Under the pieces are notes generated by a model. That model saw nothing but the letters and a program-made list of their open reading frames with translations. It was not told where the DNA came from and did no database searches. DNA of 64,000 bases. Origin: Nitrospirales bacterium. Lineage in GTDB: Bacteria; Nitrospirota; Nitrospiria; Nitrospirales; UBA8639. Location: contig CBDCWC010000002.1 in NCBI GenBank assembly GCA_965223295.1, positions 1,712,459 through 1,776,458 on the forward strand, written 5' to 3'. Below are positions 39,772 to 49,760 of the stretch, in pieces. The number at the start of each line of letters is the position of its first letter. Position 1 is the stretch's first letter. Both the position numbers and the translations under genes were made by a program.

Positions 39772-39834
39772 AATTCACTCCTCCACTTTGGCCTATCAAA
39801 ATGGCCATATGGTTATTAGTTAATATACTTTTCT

Positions 39835-41841
39835 TTAATGGCCAGTCGCTGGTTGCGGTGACGCCCCACTTGGGATTTCATCGGTTACAGGACCTGTCAC
39901 TTTTACCTTTTTCATCCCCAATGTCCCCAACCAGAAGACGAACATAATACTAATCCAAAAGAACAGAACGTTAAATGAGATAACATTGGCCGCGAAACCA
40001 ATAGTATGGGTATATGCCCATGGCGAATTGTCCCGCATCACTTCATTGACATGCCAGAACAGACGGACAGATGAACGAATGTACCCCATCAAACCCATCA
40101 TCCACGTGAATGCTGTAGCCAACATAATAAGGGCGTATTGAGATCGAGGCGGGATTTGTCCCCATCGAATTGGACCCAATTGTCTTCCACCCTTCAACAT
40201 AGCCAAATTAAGAGGAGTCATGAGCAAGAGACAAGACAATGTTCCAGCCACCTGAGGCACCGACAAACCAATACGAACGTTTGCAGGAATGAAATATCCA
40301 TAACATGCCAGCCAAATATTATTGAGCTGGGCAATGACAAAGAAACAGCCCATGAATATATTACCGAACTTTGCCCAACTCACCGTGGGCACTTTATTAC
40401 CACGCTGATACCAAATAAAACTCAGAATTGTCGTCATAATAATGGCATTAATTCCACCATTCTTGGCCGACATTACACCATAATTACCTAATACCGGATG
40501 CTGTTGACCACCCATGGCCTTCAATTCGGCTGGGGTCATCACAATAGTATGCGGTGTGATAAAGACCAAAAGTCCACATACCAAAATAAACACCAGATAT
40601 TTAATGTATCTTTGGAATCGTTCCCCACCAGTCATCCTACCTAGAGCCTGCCAGAGGTAGTAATTTGTTGTCAGGAAGAGAATTCCGATCATAGTAGCCT
40701 GAATAATGAACAACCAGGCTAACAGGCCTCCCATCAAGGTAATGCCCATCTGCTGCCTATAGGCATAGACTTCTCGCATCAACCAATAACCTGCAAATGG
40801 CAGTGGAATAAGGAAGGCTACCCCCAAGCTCATTGCGATATACCCCATCCAATCATAATGAGCTCGCTCTTCATCTGTTTTGGCAGACAAGAATCTATAA
40901 GCAGCATAGGCCGCAACCACACCACCACCAAAAGCCATGTTCCCAAGAATTCGATGAACGTTCAATGGGTTCCACAGAGCTGTATGCAACACATGCCATA
41001 TATTGCCCAAGTAACGCCCTTGCTCATCTACACCGGCGGGAGACATCATAAAGGCGATCCAAGAATTGGCCAGGAACATGAGGACTGTACCAATAACATT
41101 CAGGATGACAGACATGCTCAAGTGAACCCACTTCATCACGCCTTCCCGCATCTTATCCCAGCCATAGTAGTAGATATAAAGGGTTGCACTTTCTGCAACA
41201 AAGGTTAAGGCATAAATATGCATCACAGGCCGAAAGATACTGGATAGATACCCAAAAAAGGCTGGATAGAGAGTCAAAAACGTAAAGATGAGAATACCGC
41301 CGAGAATTGCGGTAAGAGAATATGCCGTCAGACTAATCTTGATAAAGTCATAAGCCAACTGATCATACTTCTTGGCCATGGCCTTATCTTTACTAACCAT
41401 ACCTGCAAATTCGATACACATACAAAAAATGGGTACCGCCAGCACAAAGCTTCCATAATATAGATGCTGCTGATTGGCTACCCAGAGAAGTACCCTGCTT
41501 TCAAAATTGTACCGGGGATAAAATTCTTCGCTATCCGTTGTGATAGGGGCAGGCATCCCAATAGCTGGCCCTTCAATCTTGTAGTACACATCCCGGCCCA
41601 CTTCCACCTTCTCTTCTTCACCCTCTACACCTTCACCTGCTTCAGCAGCTGCAGCTGCTGCTGCTTTCCGCTGCTCTAAAACTTCAGCAGGCGGACCTCC
41701 GGCAGAGCCACCGCCACCACCGGCTAACGCCGTAACAGACAATATTATGGGGAGTGTCAGAAATACTCCCGACACAAATAGTGCCGTGACAGCAAAAAAC
41801 TTCTTCTTACCTCGGGTCAATGGAGTGAACAGGCGACCCAT
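39835..41841 (-). CDS. Cytochrome bd-like oxidase subunit I (CydA-like, Nitrospira-type)
   Basis: QQHLYYG, AES, LANSWIAFMMSPAG, NPLNVHRILG, MGYIRS; many TMs; AGGAGG RBS. Confidence 0.88.
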   Translation of the reverse strand: MGRLFTPLTRGKKKFFAVTALFVSGVFLTLPIILSVTALAGGGGGSAGGPPAEVLEQRKAAAAAAAEAGEGVEGEEEKVEVGRDVYYKIEGPAIGMPAPITTDSEEFYPRYNFESRVLLWVANQQHLYYGSFVLAVPIFCMCIEFAGMVSKDKAMAKKYDQLAYDFIKISLTAYSLTAILGGILIFTFLTLYPAFFGYLSSIFRPVMHIYALTFVAESATLYIYYYGWDKMREGVMKWVHLSMSVILNVIGTVLMFLANSWIAFMMSPAGVDEQGRYLGNIWHVLHTALWNPLNVHRILGNMAFGGGVVAAYAAYRFLSAKTDEERAHYDWMGYIAMSLGVAFLIPLPFAGYWLMREVYAYRQQMGITLMGGLLAWLFIIQATMIGILFLTTNYYLWQALGRMTGGERFQRYIKYLVFILVCGLLVFITPHTIVMTPAELKAMGGQQHPVLGNYGVMSAKNGGINAIIMTTILSFIWYQRGNKVPTVSWAKFGNIFMGCFFVIAQLNNIWLACYGYFIPANVRIGLSVPQVAGTLSCLLLMTPLNLAMLKGGRQLGPIRWGQIPPRSQYALIMLATAFTWMMGLMGYIRSSVRLFWHVNEVMRDNSPWAYTHTIGFAANVISFNVLFFWISIMFVFWLGTLGMKKVKVTGPVTDEIPSGASPQPATGH

Positions 41842-41943
41842 GGACCTACCTCCTTTGAAAACGTTTTGTGTGTATGACCAAATGTAATTCTATGAAATTG
41901 AAATTTCGCATCCACTTTCAGCAAACAATTTCTACTGCCCTGG

Positions 41944-42057
41944 CTACCTGAACATATAGAAATAATCCAACCCTTGAGCATCCATGAGGAGCCAATCCAA
42001 GAATTGAAAGTACCCAAAACAAATCAATAGGGAAACGATGACGTAGACAACAGTCAT
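41944..42057 (-). CDS. Small (37-aa) single-TM protein; candidate bd-like oxidase small subunit
   Basis: MTVVYVIVSLLICFGYFQFLDWLLMDAQGLDYFYMFR*, preceded by a strong AAGGAGGAG RBS; below the ORF-track cut-off. Confidence 0.75.
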   Translation of the reverse strand: MTVVYVIVSLLICFGYFQFLDWLLMDAQGLDYFYMFR

Positions 42058-42122
42058 GAGACTCCTCCTTCGCTTATAGAATTTTCACTCAATATTTCTT
42101 TATTGGAGAGAAACATATCAAA

Positions 42123-42254
42123 TTAGCAGGGACATTGAATTCCAGCAAACCAATAAAAAAACCACATACTAATTGCGCATGTGATGTAGAAAATTGCTTT
42201 ACCAATTTTTGTTTCTAATACTGTCGGTTCTCTAACGGGTCCTGCTTCAGCCAT
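42123..42254 (-). CDS. Small (43-aa) single-TM protein ending in QCPC
   Basis: MAEAGPVREPTVLETKIGKAIFYITCAISMWFFYWFAGIQCPC*, with a GAGGTG RBS; below the ORF-track cut-off. Confidence 0.72.
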   Translation of the reverse strand: MAEAGPVREPTVLETKIGKAIFYITCAISMWFFYWFAGIQCPC

Positions 42255-42404
42255 TGTCTGCCACCTCGCTTAAATTATTTACGTTTTGACTATAGATAAG
42301 TTTACCTAAATTAATTTATTGACACATTCTGAAAATTCATGGTATTCCAAAACTTATTGATTCAAGAGGTACAACCTATGCGCAGCAATGCAAAAGTGTT
42401 CGAC

Positions 42405-42433
42405 ATTATAGTTTTGGCCGGAATGGTTGTCAA
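42405..42433 (-). promoter_or_regulatory. Perfect-consensus sigma70 promoter for the small-protein/cydA-like operon
   Basis: TTGACA-N17-TATAAT on the minus strand. Confidence 0.8.
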
Positions 42434-42453
42434 TATTCTGCTTGCCGTGTTTC

Positions 42454-43386
42454 TCATCCTCTACTACTTTGACTTTCTAGGATAACGTCCTGTAATTCAG
42501 AGGATACAGTTGAAGGATCCTTCGCTTGTTTTGACGTCGCGCAGCGGAACCCAATCGTTTCATCACGGAAGTCAGGAACAATAAAACTCCGGTTGGTAAT
42601 TCGTAAATCTGTACCCCGACTGGTATACCCGCCTCCACGCATCGTCTTATACGTTTCAACAGGTTGAGGACGCCGCACATCTGGCTTTAGCGCTCGACTA
42701 TAAATGTCTTCAACGTACCAGTCATCCACCCACTCCATCACATTTCCGGCCCCGTCGTACACGCCATACATACTTTGATCTTGTGAAAATGTTCCAACAG
42801 GAGAGGTCACTTCAAACCCATCTTCCTCTCCCTCAAAGTTGGCTGGAAATCCTTCGCGCCCCTCTCCCCATGGCCATGTTCGACCATCAGACCCACGGAT
42901 GGCTTTTTCCCATTCCTTTTCCGTTGGAAGCCGTTTTCCTTTCCATTCACAGTATGCCGCAGCATCACTCCACGACACATACGTCACAGGTTGATTAGGA
43001 CCGCGCAGCGCTTCTAGTTTTCTCGCATATCGTGAAGGAGGGCCAGGCTGACGATGCCCTGTGGCTTCCACAAACTCCATATAGTCTTGATAGGTCACTT
43101 CGTATCGATCGATCCAATAGGTATCCAATGTGGATACATGCTGGGGCTTTTCATTATACCCGCCGTGATCACTGCCAAGGATAAATTCCCCAGCCGGAAT
43201 TTTGACCATCTCGTCATCTGCACGCTCAATGCTGATCGAAGTCAGTTCAGACTCTCTGGAGGACGAGGTAAACGGTGGGACGGGTTCGTCAATTGGAAGT
43301 GGCGGACCTTTTAAAATTCCCATAATTGGCAAGCTGCACATCACCAACACCGCAATAAGAAAAATGACTTTAAAGCGAGTATCCAT
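42454..43386 (-). CDS. FGE-sulfatase (SUMF1/EgtB/PvdO) domain protein, membrane-anchored
   Basis: IPAGEFILG, YEVT, PVTYVSWSDA, RLPTEKEWEKA, GNVMEW, GFRCA. Confidence 0.9.
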   Translation of the reverse strand: MDTRFKVIFLIAVLVMCSLPIMGILKGPPLPIDEPVPPFTSSSRESELTSISIERADDEMVKIPAGEFILGSDHGGYNEKPQHVSTLDTYWIDRYEVTYQDYMEFVEATGHRQPGPPSRYARKLEALRGPNQPVTYVSWSDAAAYCEWKGKRLPTEKEWEKAIRGSDGRTWPWGEGREGFPANFEGEEDGFEVTSPVGTFSQDQSMYGVYDGAGNVMEWVDDWYVEDIYSRALKPDVRRPQPVETYKTMRGGGYTSRGTDLRITNRSFIVPDFRDETIGFRCATSKQAKDPSTVSSELQDVILESQSSRG

Positions 43387-43461
43387 GAATGGGTCGGAGA
43401 AAATACTCTACAACTAATCCTCTATATTCTCTACCTTGACAGAGAAGCCAGACTTCTCCAT

Positions 43462-44379
43462 CTAGGTTGACGGCGTCTTATCCATAACAGGGTCCTTGGC
43501 ACAACGAAAGCCAACCGTCGCATCAGTGCGCCACATCTTCGCTGAAAAGCGTTTGGTGACTCGGGCGCCTAACCGAGATTCACGCCATGACGCTCCACGA
43601 ATCACTTTAAAGACATCATCCGTTTTGGGCCCTGGAGGATCACGGTACGGGGCTTCTTGATAGTAATTGGCCGTATAGTCATCCGCCACCCATTCGGCAA
43701 CATTCCCTGTGGCATCATAGAGACCGAAAGGGCTTCGACCGACTTCAAACGATCCAACAGGCGCGAGATATTGAAAGCCATCATCCAAACCGTCTACATT
43801 CGCAAAACTATATTCAAATTTATTCCCCCAAGGATAACGACGCTTCCCTTCGCCCCTTGCCGCCTTCTCCCATTCAGCTTCGGTTGGTAATCGCTTGCCC
43901 GCCCAACGACAATAGGCAAACGCATCATTCCATGTTAATCCTACGACTGGAAAATCTGGATTGATAAGTTTTTCGATCTTATCTTCGAATACCGGCACCT
44001 TAGGCTTTTCCCGCTTTGTCATCTTCACAAATTTTTCATAATCCGCTTGAGTCACTTCCTTGAGATCCATATAAAAAGTTTGAAGATAGACCGGGTGGGG
44101 TGGCCCCTCGTCAGGGTCTCCATCATCAATACCCATCGTGAATGGCCCTTCAGGAATTTCTATCATCTCTCGACCATCATCTCCAACCAGCGTTTTGTAC
44201 ATGGAAAAGTCTTGTGTCGGCATGGGCTGAAGCACACGAGCCTTAGCCGGTCGACGAGAAGAAAAGGCTTCTAACTCACGTTTACTCTTTGATGTCTCAT
44301 AGACAAATAACACCATCATGCCAATAAACGAAGCAAAGACAAAGATAATCGAACCCATGAGAACTTTATTGTTATCCAT
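43462..44379 (-). CDS. FGE-sulfatase (SUMF1/EgtB/PvdO) domain protein, membrane-anchored
   Basis: IPEGPFTMG, RLPTEAEWEKAARG, GNVAEW, GFRCA. Confidence 0.9.
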   Translation of the reverse strand: MDNNKVLMGSIIFVFASFIGMMVLFVYETSKSKRELEAFSSRRPAKARVLQPMPTQDFSMYKTLVGDDGREMIEIPEGPFTMGIDDGDPDEGPPHPVYLQTFYMDLKEVTQADYEKFVKMTKREKPKVPVFEDKIEKLINPDFPVVGLTWNDAFAYCRWAGKRLPTEAEWEKAARGEGKRRYPWGNKFEYSFANVDGLDDGFQYLAPVGSFEVGRSPFGLYDATGNVAEWVADDYTANYYQEAPYRDPPGPKTDDVFKVIRGASWRESRLGARVTKRFSAKMWRTDATVGFRCAKDPVMDKTPST

Positions 44380-44443
44380 GGACCAACCGTATGACCGTTT
44401 GGGATTTCCACATCATGAGGAAGACCTTACACATTTTTGGAAA

Positions 44444-44815
44444 TTACAAGTTTGATGGCTCCTCAACAGTCGGGGTCTGTACTGATTCTTTTCGTTGCTG
44501 GAAGAGATCAAGCAACATAGAAATCCATACGCCTAAAAATCCACCCATAGCCGCACCTGAAGACGCCCCAACCGTAATGGTCTCGACACCGCCGAGTCCC
44601 CAAGCTAACAATCCTCCACCAATCGTGCCCACAAATATACTGAGGAAAAACCGGCGTCCTCCAAAAAAGCCCACTCCAGCCCCCAAGCACAAACCAATCA
44701 GCAGAGCAGCAGGGAGAAACCCGACACCCATTGACAAACCCGTTAAGACCCCAACCGTGCCTAACACTGCGGCCCCAAACGCCACATCAAATATTTTTGA
44801 TGCCGACATCGACAT
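44444..44815 (-). CDS. Gly-rich small membrane protein
   Basis: GxxxG-rich TM segments; start at 44815, right after the upstream stop. Confidence 0.7.
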   Translation of the reverse strand: MSMSASKIFDVAFGAAVLGTVGVLTGLSMGVGFLPAALLIGLCLGAGVGFFGGRRFFLSIFVGTIGGGLLAWGLGGVETITVGASSGAAMGGFLGVWISMLLDLFQQRKESVQTPTVEEPSNL

Positions 44816-44816
44816 A

Positions 44817-45524
44817 TTACTGTGCCTCAACCCGTATCGAACCAAAATCAATCTCGACCGCTGAACCACCAAGCAAGGAAATCCCCCACGCTAAGGCAGC
44901 CGGCTCATGATTATGGATTTCTAGAAAATCTTCATAGACATTGATTCGTTCTTCCACCCATTCGCCAATGGGCTCTGCTCCACTACGGATCACAATTTCC
45001 GTCGAACTAAACATGCCACCCTCTTTGATCGACCCAACAGGCAACGTTCCACTCCACACATATTTGGTATTAACTGGAATAAACATTAAATCCGTGTCTA
45101 AAGACGGGTATACGGCTGCAATAAACTCTTCACCTTCAGGAACCGCCTGCAAACGCCAGCGCCAGACCAATATCGGATGTGTTTTGGGATTCCACGTCAT
45201 CTGCTTGGTATACACCCGTTGACTAGCCTTCTTTGCGCGCAGAAATGAGATATCATCCTCCTTCTGAATAGCATAGGTTTCATGAGCGGTGACCACACTG
45301 CGTTGGGCTCCCCACCCTTGAGGAAATCCTCGTTCATCTGGACTGCCAAAATCTTCGATAAGAATGGATGCGTCGGTCGCCTTCTGACCTCCCAAACTTT
45401 GAGCCCAAACCTGGCTGGGGTTTTGGACACAGACTATAGCGACAAAAGATGAGAAAAAAATACACTTCACATACTTTCCTATTCTACTATTGTCTTTTTG
45501 GTTACTCTGAAAAACGCCTCTCAT
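44817..45524 (-). CDS. Exported protein, DUF3047-like
   Basis: [27 protein letters not shown] pattern; signal peptide. Confidence 0.7.
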   Translation of the reverse strand: MRGVFQSNQKDNSRIGKYVKCIFFSSFVAIVCVQNPSQVWAQSLGGQKATDASILIEDFGSPDERGFPQGWGAQRSVVTAHETYAIQKEDDISFLRAKKASQRVYTKQMTWNPKTHPILVWRWRLQAVPEGEEFIAAVYPSLDTDLMFIPVNTKYVWSGTLPVGSIKEGGMFSSTEIVIRSGAEPIGEWVEERINVYEDFLEIHNHEPAALAWGISLLGGSAVEIDFGSIRVEAQ

Positions 45525-47383
45525 GCTGATTCCTCTTGTGATAAGACTTGAACGACTGGTGTGGACCGAACTGATTGGGCTGTACGTTGTTCACTCACCC
45601 GATGATCCCAACGGCTCAACCAAAATACAAAAAATACCGCTGACCAAAAAGTAATCATATTTATCGTCACCATCTTCGCGGCAAACCCTAAAGAAGGAGT
45701 ATATGCCCAGGGAGATTGATCTTGCATCAATTCATTCACATGCCATTCCAATCGTCCCGCTGACCGGATGTACCCCATCAACCCCATCACCCAAGAGAAT
45801 GCCGCCGCGACAATAAGAAGAGCCACCATTCCACGTGAAGTAATATGACCCCATTGGACCGGGCCGATGACTTTTGCACCACGCAGCAACAAACTATTGA
45901 GAAGAATCCCACCAACAACCACCGTCGCAGTTGTGACACCTTGCGGAGTCGACAGTCCCACTCGAACATTCGCCGGGATATAAAATCCATAAATAGCCAA
46001 CCACACGATATTTCCAATCCCCAAAATAAAAAGGAGCCCAAGAAAAATATTTCCCCAAGCAGCCCATGACACAGTAACAACTCTATTGGCCCTTCGGTAT
46101 AGGATAAAACTCAGCGCCGTTAAACAAATCATGACATTAATGGCACCATTTTTCGCCGACATCACCCCGAACTGCCCAATAACCGGATGTTGAGCGGCAC
46201 CCATGGCCTTCATCTCGCTTGCACTTGTCGCTAACGTATGAGGGGTAAACCACACCAGAAAACATGCCATTAACGCAAAGACAATCGCCTTAAAATATGG
46301 ATGAAACCGGTCACCTGCTCGTAAGCGAGCTAAAGATTGCCAAATATAATAATTAATTCCAAGAAACAACACACCAACAGTAATAGCTTGCAGCACAAAC
46401 AACCATGACAGCATACCTCCCATCATCGTCACTCCCATATGCTGCCGAAATTCAAACACCGCACGCATGAGCCAATATCCGGCAATGGGCATAGGCAGAA
46501 GGGCGCAGACCATCACAACCATAAAAACATATCCCACCCAATCATAGTAAGCACGATCTTCAGCTGTTTGAGATTTAAAAAATCGATAGGCCGCATAGGC
46601 CACAACCACGGCTCCTCCAGACATGATGTCCGCTAAAAATCGGTGCGCATTCAACGGATTCCAGAGAGGCGAATGCAAGAGATGCCAGACATTTCCTAAG
46701 AAATGCCCTTGAGCATCCACTCCCGAAGGCGCCATCATAAACGACGCCCAGGCGTTGGCTGACAATAAGAGGATGACACCTGTCGCATTCACGACCACAC
46801 CAAGAGACATATGAAGCCACTTTCCCGACTGCGACTTCAAGGAATCCCAGGTATAGTAATAGAGTGCTAGCAAGAAGGCTTCTGCAACAAACACAGCCGC
46901 ATACAGTGGCATCAAAGACTTAAAGGTAGACCCCATATAATCCATGAACCCTGGATATAACGTCACAAAAAGACCTAGCATCACGGCACCCAACACCGCC
47001 GTAATCGACAAGGACAGTAACCCAACACGTAAAATGTCGTGAGCCAGTCCATCAAACTGCTCTCGAGCTCCTTCCTTTTTCCGAGTGACTCCTAAGAACT
47101 CCAGCAAAAGACTGAATAGCGGGAGAGCTAGGACAAAACCTCCAAAGTAGGTATGTTGCTGAGTCACAAACCACACTATTAAACGATTATTCACAAACGG
47201 GAGATTTGAATAACTCTGAGGACTTTCTGCGGCAGCAGGCCCCTCTATCGTCCCAGGAGTTTGGTAAAAAATATCCTGTGGGTCTTCTACGAGGCTTGCA
47301 CCATCCAGCTCAACAGCCCAAGACGGTCCGACAAAAAATAGAAACACCGTCAACAGGCCCCATAATATTTGGCGTATCAACAT
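45521..47383 (-). CDS. Second cytochrome bd-like oxidase subunit I paralogue
   Basis: QQHTYFG, ANAWASFMMAPSG, NPLNAHRFL, MGYIRS; clearly collinear with 39835-41841. Confidence 0.87.
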   Translation of the reverse strand: MLIRQILWGLLTVFLFFVGPSWAVELDGASLVEDPQDIFYQTPGTIEGPAAAESPQSYSNLPFVNNRLIVWFVTQQHTYFGGFVLALPLFSLLLEFLGVTRKKEGAREQFDGLAHDILRVGLLSLSITAVLGAVMLGLFVTLYPGFMDYMGSTFKSLMPLYAAVFVAEAFLLALYYYTWDSLKSQSGKWLHMSLGVVVNATGVILLLSANAWASFMMAPSGVDAQGHFLGNVWHLLHSPLWNPLNAHRFLADIMSGGAVVVAYAAYRFFKSQTAEDRAYYDWVGYVFMVVMVCALLPMPIAGYWLMRAVFEFRQHMGVTMMGGMLSWLFVLQAITVGVLFLGINYYIWQSLARLRAGDRFHPYFKAIVFALMACFLVWFTPHTLATSASEMKAMGAAQHPVIGQFGVMSAKNGAINVMICLTALSFILYRRANRVVTVSWAAWGNIFLGLLFILGIGNIVWLAIYGFYIPANVRVGLSTPQGVTTATVVVGGILLNSLLLRGAKVIGPVQWGHITSRGMVALLIVAAAFSWVMGLMGYIRSAGRLEWHVNELMQDQSPWAYTPSLGFAAKMVTINMITFWSAVFFVFWLSRWDHRVSEQRTAQSVRSTPVVQVLSQEESA

Positions 47384-47386
47384 GAA

Positions 47387-48460
47387 TCAATTCACGACAT
47401 TGCTATGCTGGACGGGAACTTCTGCCAAAGTTGGAATCGATTCTGGAGATTTGGATTGCTGAAGCATCCCCATAACAAATGGACAACGTTGAATATTCTC
47501 AGGAATCGTGACCAGTCGCTCTTCATAAGATTTGCGCCACCCTAAATAGAGAGAATACCCTGTCATGATCAACCCAGTTCCTGCGGCCATAACCATAAAC
47601 CCCGATTGCGAAATCTGTTCGACCAGCAACACATAGGAGGATACTCCAATGAGGACAAGGAAGTAGGTTAAGGCAAACGTGACGCTTGGCCACACCCAAA
47701 ACCACAAGCAGGACAACCATGTATGAGGTTTCCTAGGCCCATCCTCTTGCTTAAACACAGCCTCACCGGCAAAAAATGCCAGCATACCAATGGACCCCAG
47801 GACCAGAGGAACCACAATTGATTGTAAAATTGGTTGCCAGGTCACGAACCCAACGCTAAAAACCGCCCATGAACTGATGATACTAGCCAAGAGCGTCACC
47901 CCACCCCACTTCATGAGCATTGTAGATTGTTGGGGAATCCACTCTCGAAGAGCTTTCCCGTTTGGAAAAGTTGGCACTGTCGTCCCTTCACGCACTACAC
48001 GTTGAACAAGTCCAATCTCAAAGGCATCTCGAGTGACCGAAGTGGTCGGAATAATCATTGCCATCATTGCCGGACCTTCAGGATGGAGAAGAAAATCATA
48101 GCCCACAAATACCTGCAGGATAGCTAAGACGAGAAGGGAAAGCTGCACACCGTAGGCAATGCCGATCCAACCTACAAGCCAAATCCATAACCGCACTCCA
48201 TCTTGTTGAATCGATTCCTGAACAGAAATGCTCCGTCCCTGTCGATAAGACCAAACCGCAGTGATCGCACAGACAGAGCCACTCAATGCGAACAACACCA
48301 AAGGCTCTGATAACGGCAGGATATCTTTCAACAGACGATATATCCCAAACGCCACAAGCCCAGGGACCAGCATCACGATGCGCTTGCGTTTTCGTACAGG
48401 CTGGTCTGTTACCAAAAGATGTAGCTGAGGAAGAACACGTAATGAAAGTCGGTGTAACAT
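47387..48460 (-). CDS. Polytopic membrane protein of unknown function
   Basis: About 8 TMs; C-terminal RCPF. Confidence 0.72.
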   Translation of the reverse strand: MLHRLSLRVLPQLHLLVTDQPVRKRKRIVMLVPGLVAFGIYRLLKDILPLSEPLVLFALSGSVCAITAVWSYRQGRSISVQESIQQDGVRLWIWLVGWIGIAYGVQLSLLVLAILQVFVGYDFLLHPEGPAMMAMIIPTTSVTRDAFEIGLVQRVVREGTTVPTFPNGKALREWIPQQSTMLMKWGGVTLLASIISSWAVFSVGFVTWQPILQSIVVPLVLGSIGMLAFFAGEAVFKQEDGPRKPHTWLSCLWFWVWPSVTFALTYFLVLIGVSSYVLLVEQISQSGFMVMAAGTGLIMTGYSLYLGWRKSYEERLVTIPENIQRCPFVMGMLQQSKSPESIPTLAEVPVQHSNVVN

Positions 48461-48528
48461 GGAATCTAAATCGCTAGAAATATCTTTTAGTTAAACTGCG
48501 CGCCTACACCAGACAAGCTTGTTGCGTT

Positions 48529-49005
48529 TCATCGTCCAGATGCCATACCGAAATATCGAGTTTTTACTTCTTCCATCAGCGCCACCGTCACTTCCGGCAT
48601 ACCTCTATCCAGAGCAGTCCGCTCCAATTCAGTTTTGGCCATCGCGCGGATTCCAGAAGGCACATTGGCCAATCGTCGCTCAGCATCAGGGCTCCAATCC
48701 ACCATTCCCTTATTGCGGGCAGCAACCAGGCGAGGATACGTCAGAAGCTGGAACTGCTGGTCACGGGCAAAGGTTTCGACTTCATTTTCAACTAAGGGAC
48801 GTAAATATGGCGGTAATCGTGAAAGATGATACGTTGCCTCATCACTCCATGTATTTGCAGGCACCAGGGGATCAAGTTCTTTCGGTGCGCCTTCCGCACC
48901 GACCGTCCACCCACAGGCCGCACAGCGAAATCGAGCAAAGACATTTCCCTCCTCAACCTCCTCAACGCCAGAAAAACTCAAAGGCTGTTGACATGTACAC
49001 TGCAC
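48529..49005 (-). CDS. PCP_red-domain protein (tandem domains) with an N-terminal Cys cluster
   Basis: WSDEA..LSRLPPYLR and WSPDAERRLANVPSGIR repeats; CxC...CxxC. Confidence 0.75.
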   Translation of the reverse strand: MQCTCQQPLSFSGVEEVEEGNVFARFRCAACGWTVGAEGAPKELDPLVPANTWSDEATYHLSRLPPYLRPLVENEVETFARDQQFQLLTYPRLVAARNKGMVDWSPDAERRLANVPSGIRAMAKTELERTALDRGMPEVTVALMEEVKTRYFGMASGR

Positions 49006-49012
49006 AGAAACC

Positions 49013-49738
49013 TTACCCGATCTTTCCGGGATAGAAAATATATAACATGCCGTATGTCACCGTTCCTGTCACGAATAACACGCAATAAATCATCATGGTG
49101 AATTTGCCCAAGACTCGATGACGCCGGGCCCCGTTCGGCCAAATCCGCTGTATTAAAATTTCAATGCCAAACACCATGGCAATAAGGACTGCCAACCCGG
49201 CATAGACGCTCAGCTTTCCCATGGAAAATCCTGAGGATAAGACACGGGAGAAGAAAAAGAACGCGACAAACGCCACGATCCCGCTAAGAATAATAGCAAT
49301 GCGACGCCCCGAAGTCTGCAGCAAGGCCTCTTTCAAGACTCGACGGCCTTGCACAAAAGACTGAGAACGGAATCCGAGCACGATCATATAAATGGCCATA
49401 ATGAGCCCAATAACGACAAGAATGATATGCAGAGTCAAAAGAGGAATAAAGACCTTTTCGTATAAGGCCTGAGATCCTCCAAACCCCTCTTTGCCTTCAA
49501 AAGCCAATACTCCTAAATTGCGAAAGAGATAATAACTCGTGAAAAAGGCTAACATGGAAATCATCCCGCCCAGCATCAACCAATGGTGATGATCCGCCTT
49601 ATTTTTTTTCGCTTGAACCCAGCCCACGATAAATAACAGGGTAAACAGTGTGGCCATCAATTGACTGACATCCGCTCCAACGGTCGCATGGGTTCCAAAG
49701 AACCCGGGCTCCCGAAGCCATTCTGCTAATTCATACAT
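49013..49738 (-). CDS. DUF420 (CtaM-like) membrane protein
   Basis: HHHWLM, YYLFR, LTLHIIL, HRVLGK...VTGTVTYGMLY. Confidence 0.75.
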   Translation of the reverse strand: MYELAEWLREPGFFGTHATVGADVSQLMATLFTLLFIVGWVQAKKNKADHHHWLMLGGMISMLAFFTSYYLFRNLGVLAFEGKEGFGGSQALYEKVFIPLLTLHIILVVIGLIMAIYMIVLGFRSQSFVQGRRVLKEALLQTSGRRIAIILSGIVAFVAFFFFSRVLSSGFSMGKLSVYAGLAVLIAMVFGIEILIQRIWPNGARRHRVLGKFTMMIYCVLFVTGTVTYGMLYIFYPGKIG

Positions 49739-49760
49739 ATTCCTCTTGCCTATTCTTTTG

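Noticed and set aside
41845-41910. 21-codon ORF just upstream of the cydA-like gene
   Set aside because: It has no convincing RBS or TM and overlaps the cydA RBS
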